A stretch of DNA of 38,943 nucleotides from an uncultured Bacilli bacterium (lineage in GTDB: Bacteria > Bacillota_I > Bacilli_A > RF39 > UBA660), in assembly GCA_944358125.1 (NCBI GenBank), contig CALVQM010000002.1:1-38943 (forward strand), given 5' to 3'. How positions within the stretch are numbered: the first letter of the stretch is position 1; each line of letters begins with the position of its first letter. A program made the position numbers and the translations under genes. The notes under the pieces were generated by a model. The model saw only the letters and a list, made by a program, of their open reading frames with translations, was not told the DNA's origin and searched no databases. Positions 34,420 to 38,943 of the stretch are shown here, piece after piece.

Positions 34420-35880
34420 ATGTGGGAAGATTTAATTAAAAAAGCTATGAAATTATTACCTAATCATAAAAATTCAACACACATTGAACTTTATGATGAA
34501 CTAATTAAAAAGGCTAGTACTACTTTTACGCAAAAAGAAGTAAACTTAATTAAAAAAGCTTATTTAATGGCTAAAGACTTACACCGTGGTCAAAAAAGAG
34601 CTAGTGGTGAACCTTATATTATTCACCCAACTTATGTAGCCTACATTTTATTAGAAGAAATGAATTTACATGATATAAGTTCTATAGTCGCTGCTCTTTT
34701 ACATGATACTTTAGAAGATTGTGGTATTCCTTTTGAATTTTTAGAGCATCATTTTGGTTATGATGTAGCTAATCTTGTTTTAGGAGTAACTAAAATGAAA
34801 GATTTAGATTTTGCTACGAAAGAAGAAAAAGAAGATTTTAATAATTATCTCTTACTTAAATTTATTTTAGAAGATTATCGGGTTATCTACATTAAATTAG
34901 CAGACCGTCTTCATAATATGCGAACTCTTGATTATAAAAGTGAAGCTAAAAGAAGAGAAAAAAGTGCAGAAACTTTAAGAATATTTGCCCCATTAGCTAC
35001 TCATGTTGGAGCAAGCCTAGCTAAAGATGAACTAGTTGATACTTCATTTAAATATTTAAGTAATGCTAATTATCGCCAAATAAAAGCTATGAGTAAAGAT
35101 TATTTAATAAAACATCAAGAATGGATAGAAACAACGATTGAGTCTTTAAAAAAACTATTAGCAGATTTAAATATCAACGCTGAAATTCGTCCTCATATTA
35201 TGTCTAATTTTGCCATTTATCAAAATTTAATCGACAACAAAAAAATATCTTTATTACCCAATTTAATTCATTATGACATTATGGTTGATAATGAAGAACA
35301 AATTCCAGAAATATCTGAACAAATATTAAAAAACTTCCCATGTTTAAGAGAATACACTAGAAATTTTATAGCTAAACCTTTAAATAATGGTTATAAAGCT
35401 CTCCATTTATCAGTAGAAGGTAAAAAAGGAACTCCTTTTCAAATTCGTTTATTTACCAAAGAAATGTTTTTAGTAAACACCTATGGTTTTGCAGCTTTAT
35501 TAGAATTATACCCTTACAAAAATATTAAAGAAATTCAAACTGATTTAATTAAAGAAAATGAGTTTTTTCAAGCTTTAAGTAAAAACTATAAAACTTATAA
35601 AAAACCATTTGAATTAATTAATAACACTGTTAGAGAATTATTATCAGATAAAATAATTGTTTATGTTGCTAATGGTGCTACCTACTGTTTACCAGCTGTA
35701 TCAACTGTTGCTGACCTAGCTTATAAAATTCATTCTGAATTAAAGCAAGTTGCTATTGGCGCATTAGTAAACGATGTAGAAGTAAATTTAGATTTTCCTC
35801 TTAAAAATGGTGATCATGTTGTTATTTTAACTAAAAATAATAATTTAGAAAACAATGCTTCTTTAATTTTACAAAAGTAA
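34420..35880 (+). CDS. rel: Rel/SpoT homologue (long RSH) with intact HD hydrolase, degenerate synthetase domain, TGS domain, and no ZFD/ACT C-terminal domains
   Basis: The HD motifs HRGQKRASGEPYIIHP, LLHDTLED and ADRLHNMRTL are intact. The synthetase region aligns by eye (GYKALHLSV to GYQSIHTTV), but the catalytic positions differ. A TGS-like C-terminus is present (IIVYVANGATYCLPAVSTVADLAYKIH). Confidence 0.8.
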   Translation: MWEDLIKKAMKLLPNHKNSTHIELYDELIKKASTTFTQKEVNLIKKAYLMAKDLHRGQKRASGEPYIIHPTYVAYILLEEMNLHDISSIVAALLHDTLEDCGIPFEFLEHHFGYDVANLVLGVTKMKDLDFATKEEKEDFNNYLLLKFILEDYRVIYIKLADRLHNMRTLDYKSEAKRREKSAETLRIFAPLATHVGASLAKDELVDTSFKYLSNANYRQIKAMSKDYLIKHQEWIETTIESLKKLLADLNINAEIRPHIMSNFAIYQNLIDNKKISLLPNLIHYDIMVDNEEQIPEISEQILKNFPCLREYTRNFIAKPLNNGYKALHLSVEGKKGTPFQIRLFTKEMFLVNTYGFAALLELYPYKNIKEIQTDLIKENEFFQALSKNYKTYKKPFELINNTVRELLSDKIIVYVANGATYCLPAVSTVADLAYKIHSELKQVAIGALVNDVEVNLDFPLKNGDHVVILTKNNNLENNASLILQK

Positions 35881-35882
35881 TA

Positions 35883-35911
35883 TTTACTAATTATTATGCT
35901 GATGATATAAT
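35883..35911 (+). promoter_or_regulatory. Possible extended -10 promoter of the lipoprotein gene
   Basis: TTTACT (35883-35888), a 17-nt spacer, then TGaTATAAT (35903-35911). Confidence 0.4.
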
Positions 35912-35929
35912 GAAATCGAGGAGAAAAGA

Positions 35930-36493
35930 ATGAAGAAATTAATATTAATGAGTATAATGCTATTATGCTTAACTGGTTGTAATAATGAAGAACTATATGC
36001 TGATTATGAGCATTATGATTTAAAAGATAAAGAGCTTCAATACTACAATTGCCTAGATGATGAACATATTAAAAGAACTTATGTTGTCGCCGATATTACA
36101 CCTGAAAATTATGAATCAAAGTTAAGAGGATTATTTTATCAAGTAGATGAAGATGATTATATTTTATTAGATAAAATAGACTTATATTACTATGATGAAG
36201 GTCATAGCAGGACTTATAACGCTATGTATGATAATAAATTATATGTTCTTGGCAGACCTGAAAGTGAAGATATTGATGGAAGTGTTATAGTATATACTTT
36301 AAATCGAGAAGAATTTAGTATAACAGGTCTTGATTTTGATTTTTCATCACTTCCTGATAACATCGATCGAGCTTCTCAAAGAATTAAAAATGTTGATAAT
36401 AACTATATATATTTTAATAACTATTCTATGGAAGCTAATGCTTATGTCAAGTGTTCTTTAAAAGATTACACTTGTAAATATATTGAAGACTAA
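35930..36493 (+). CDS. Lipoprotein of unknown function
   Basis: The signal peptide has the lipobox MKKLILMSIMLLCLTGC (L-T-G-C). The RBS is GAGGAG. Confidence 0.75.
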   Translation: MKKLILMSIMLLCLTGCNNEELYADYEHYDLKDKELQYYNCLDDEHIKRTYVVADITPENYESKLRGLFYQVDEDDYILLDKIDLYYYDEGHSRTYNAMYDNKLYVLGRPESEDIDGSVIVYTLNREEFSITGLDFDFSSLPDNIDRASQRIKNVDNNYIYFNNYSMEANAYVKCSLKDYTCKYIED

Positions 36494-36524
36494 AAATTAA
36501 TTTAAATTCATAGTTTTTAAATTT

Positions 36525-36552
36525 AGTGTCATTTAAAAAGGACACTTTTTTT
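36525..36552 (+). terminator. Rho-independent terminator of the lipoprotein gene
   Basis: AGTGTC (36525-36530) pairs with GACACT (36541-36546). TTTTTT follows. Confidence 0.65.
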
Positions 36553-36569
36553 AATTTTTTTTAAATCTC

Positions 36570-36587
36570 TGTCAGTTATAACTGACA
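36570..36587. promoter_or_regulatory. Perfect 18-bp palindrome just upstream of the ftsA -35 (candidate operator)
   Basis: TGTCAGTTATAACTGACA is its own reverse complement with no loop. It ends 6 nt before the -35 hexamer. Confidence 0.4.
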
Positions 36588-36593
36588 TTATTC

Positions 36594-36622
36594 TTGAAAA
36601 AACGCCAAAACTACAGTATAAT
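36594..36622 (+). promoter_or_regulatory. Promoter of ftsA-ftsZ
   Basis: TTGAAA (36594-36599), a 17-nt spacer, then TATAAT (36617-36622). The RBS is AGGAGG. Confidence 0.6.
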
Positions 36623-36647
36623 TAAGTAAGAATACTAGGAGGAGCTT

Positions 36648-37889
36648 ATGAGAAAAATTATTGCTAGTTTAGACATTGGAACAAGTACCATAAAACTGAT
36701 AATAGGTGAGTTTATTAAAAATAAGCTTAATATTTTATGCACCTCTGAAGTACCTAGTAAAGGAATGAAAAAAGGACTTATTTATCGTCGTGATGAATTA
36801 ATTCCTGTCTTAAAAGAAACTTTTCATAAAGCTGAAGAAATGTTAGGTATACCCGTTAAGGAAGTAGTTTTATCTATACCAGCTTATTATACTGAAGCTA
36901 GAATGTCTGAAGGATCTAGTACAATTACTAGTGAAGATCATGTAATAACCCATCAAGATTTAATTAGAGCAATGCACGCAGCTAGTTATAATCAAATAGG
37001 GGAAGATGAAGAACTAATATCAATTTTACCTACTACTTATAAAGTAGATAATGATATTGTAAAAAATCCTATTAACATGATTGGTAAAAAATTATCTTTA
37101 AAAGCTGTTTTAATTACAGCTCCTAAAAGTAGTGTTATAGACTTTTTAAAAGTATTAGATACTATTGGTATTAAAGTAATTGATGTCGTAACTTCATCTT
37201 TAGGAGATTATGCTAGTAATCGTTTTAAAGAGTCCGGAAGTAAGTTTGGAGCTATTATTAATATTGGCGAAGAAACAACAACTGTCTCGATCTTTAATAA
37301 AGGTATATTAACTAGGGCAGAAGTAATAGAGCTAGGTGGAGCCAATATTGATAATGATATTGCCTACATATATAAAATAACAAAGAAAGATGCCCGAGAG
37401 TTAAAAGAAAGTGTTGGTCTAGCTTGTAGCGATCAAGCCAGAAAAGAAGAAAAAGTAACTTTAACTGATCGTTTAGGAGAAGAAGTTACAATTAATCAAT
37501 TAGATTTAAGTGAAATTATCGAAAGTAGGTTAAGAGAAATACTAGAATTAGCCAAAAAACAAATTAACCTCTTAACAAAACGAGAAATTGAATATATAAT
37601 TATAACTGGGGGGTCTAGCGAAATTGGAGATTTTAACAATTTACTCGATAAAGTCTTTACTAAACCCCATATTCTTGGTAAAATAGATACTGTAGGTGCT
37701 AGAAATAACAAGTTTAGCACTACACTTGGAATTATTAAATATTATAATGGAAGATTAAAATTAAAAAATAAAGAATATTCCGTATTTAATTTAGACGAAT
37801 TAGAAATATTAAGTGGTATTCATAAAAAAGTGAGTATCAATGAAAATTCGATATTAGGAAAATTATTTGGATATTTTTTTGATAGTTAA
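36648..37889 (+). CDS. ftsA: Cell division protein FtsA
   Basis: The actin-like ATPase N-terminus [18 protein letters not shown] is present. [10 protein letters not shown] and [10 protein letters not shown] are also present. The gene lies immediately upstream of ftsZ. Confidence 0.92.
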   Translation: MRKIIASLDIGTSTIKLIIGEFIKNKLNILCTSEVPSKGMKKGLIYRRDELIPVLKETFHKAEEMLGIPVKEVVLSIPAYYTEARMSEGSSTITSEDHVITHQDLIRAMHAASYNQIGEDEELISILPTTYKVDNDIVKNPINMIGKKLSLKAVLITAPKSSVIDFLKVLDTIGIKVIDVVTSSLGDYASNRFKESGSKFGAIINIGEETTTVSIFNKGILTRAEVIELGGANIDNDIAYIYKITKKDARELKESVGLACSDQARKEEKVTLTDRLGEEVTINQLDLSEIIESRLREILELAKKQINLLTKREIEYIIITGGSSEIGDFNNLLDKVFTKPHILGKIDTVGARNNKFSTTLGIIKYYNGRLKLKNKEYSVFNLDELEILSGIHKKVSINENSILGKLFGYFFDS

Positions 37890-37903
37890 GGAGAGTGCAA
37901 AAT

Positions 37904-38943
37904 ATGAACGGTTTAGAAATGGATCAAATAGCTAAAATCAAAGTAGTTGGTGTCGGAGGCGGTGGCAACAATGCAGTAAACCGAATGATTGAAGAAGGAG
38001 TAAAAGGTGTCGAATTTATAGTAGTTAATACTGACTTACAAGTTTTAAATGCTTCTAAATGTGAAAATAAAATTCAAATTGGGGCAACTATTACCGAAGG
38101 ACTTGGCGCTGGAGCTAATCCCGAAATAGGACGTGCTGCTGCTATTGAATCAAAAGTAGATTTAGAAGAAGCTATTAAAGGTGCTGACATGGTCTTTGTA
38201 GCATGTGGTATGGGTGGTGGAACTGGTACTGGTGCTGCTCCTGTAATCGCAGAAATAGCTCAAGAATCAGGTGCTCTAACAGTAGGTATTGTAACGAAAC
38301 CATTTAGATTTGAAGGTAAAAGAAGAATGGAAAACGCTTTGTTAGGACTTGAAGAATTAAAGAAAAATGTCGATACTTTAATTGTTATTCCAAATGATAA
38401 ATTAAGAGATATAATTGATAGAAATACATCATTTAAAGATGCCTTCAAAGAAGTAGATAATGTTCTTCATCGTGGTGTCCAATCAATTTCTGATTTAATC
38501 GCTGTAACAGGAATTATTAACCTCGACTTTGCTGATGTTAAAACAGTTATGCAAAAAAGTGGAACCGCTATTATCGGTATAGGTTGCAATGCTGGAGAAA
38601 ATAGAGCAATTGAAGCAGCTCGTCAAGCTGTTGCTAATTCACTACTTGAAGCAACGATTGAAGGTGCAACAAATGCCATTGTCAATGTTACTGGTGGATC
38701 AAACTTAACTTTATTTGAAATTGAAGATGCGGTAGAAACAGTTCGTGCTGCAGCAAATAACGATGTTAACATTATCTTTGGTGCTATTCAAAATGATAAC
38801 TTAACAGATGAAGTAATTGTTACTGTTATTGCAACAGGCTTTGAAGATCAAGGGGAAACTGATGAAATGTTATTTAGTGATGATAACAAGATGCCAAGAC
38901 GTCGTCAAGTAGAAGAGACTCTTGATGATGAATATGACATTCC
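37904..38943 (+). CDS. ftsZ: Cell division GTPase FtsZ (3' end beyond window)
   Basis: This is not in the ORF track because no stop is reached. My translation from the ATG at 37904 is [28 protein letters not shown]...[18 protein letters not shown]...NLDFADV. The tubulin signature GGGTGTG is present. The RBS is AAGGAGAG. Confidence 0.95.
   Translation, partial: MNGLEMDQIAKIKVVGVGGGGNNAVNRMIEEGVKGVEFIVVNTDLQVLNASKCENKIQIGATITEGLGAGANPEIGRAAAIESKVDLEEAIKGADMVFVACGMGGGTGTGAAPVIAEIAQESGALTVGIVTKPFRFEGKRRMENALLGLEELKKNVDTLIVIPNDKLRDIIDRNTSFKDAFKEVDNVLHRGVQSISDLIAVTGIINLDFADVKTVMQKSGTAIIGIGCNAGENRAIEAARQAVANSLLEATIEGATNAIVNVTGGSNLTLFEIEDAVETVRAAANNDVNIIFGAIQNDNLTDEVIVTVIATGFEDQGETDEMLFSDDNKMPRRRQVEETLDDEYDI

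Noticed and set aside
1333-38448. Antisense shadow ORFs inside well-supported genes: 1333-1608, 3207-3551, 4987-5199, 8658-8870, 11759-12094, 12982-13203, 13729-13911, 14780-14962, 14965-15210, 16806-16988, 19129-19338, 19244-19567, 20688-20996, 22113-22499, 25700-26008, 28837-29022, 37496-37720 and 38260-38448
   Set aside because: Each lies opposite a gene with clear family motifs. They have low-complexity S/L/F/I-rich translations typical of antisense frames in AT-rich DNA, and none has a convincing RBS.

Overview
AT-rich (by eye about 28-30% GC) chromosomal segment from a low-GC Gram-positive bacterium (Bacillota, Erysipelotrichia/Clostridia-like). It uses the standard code: TGA is a stop and TGG encodes Trp. 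I call about 36 protein genes, nearly all on the + strand. I saw no tRNA, rRNA or CRISPR array. Housekeeping blocks, in order: SipW-like membrane protein, pyk, NUDIX, clpC; a thyX-like/tmk operon with a coupled 49-aa ORF and a Zn-ribbon/HExxH protein; MFS transporter (-); Cys/Met PLP enzyme, GNAT, dapF, murE; pduL, dusB; two Zn-ribbon membrane proteins; ZIP transporter, SDR epimerase, patatin; yebC; PFOR; a Rel/SpoT homologue; a lipoprotein; ftsA and ftsZ (ftsZ runs off the 3' edge). Non-housekeeping content: (i) a minus-strand BclA-like collagen-repeat gene (15454-16482) divergent from a GT2+TPR glycosyltransferase; (ii) an accessory stretch at 27.4-34.4 kb. That stretch holds a tnpA-less TnpB element with a structured 3' RNA region, a nonsense-interrupted DUF1016/YhcG nuclease gene with a decayed tandem fragment, and a small XRE regulator divergent from a 609-aa TasA-like secreted protein. 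The 3' end of the 609-aa gene carries an 87-nt A-depleted patch rich in NNC codons. Next come a candidate about 100-nt minus-strand C-rich sRNA with its own consensus promoter and terminator, and a large membrane protein. Other points: the thyX-like gene looks like a fused tandem ThyX with complementary half-motifs; the Rel homologue has an intact hydrolase domain but a degenerate synthetase domain; several intergenic repeats and palindromes are candidate operators. All functional calls rest on motif recognition by eye. No database search was run.
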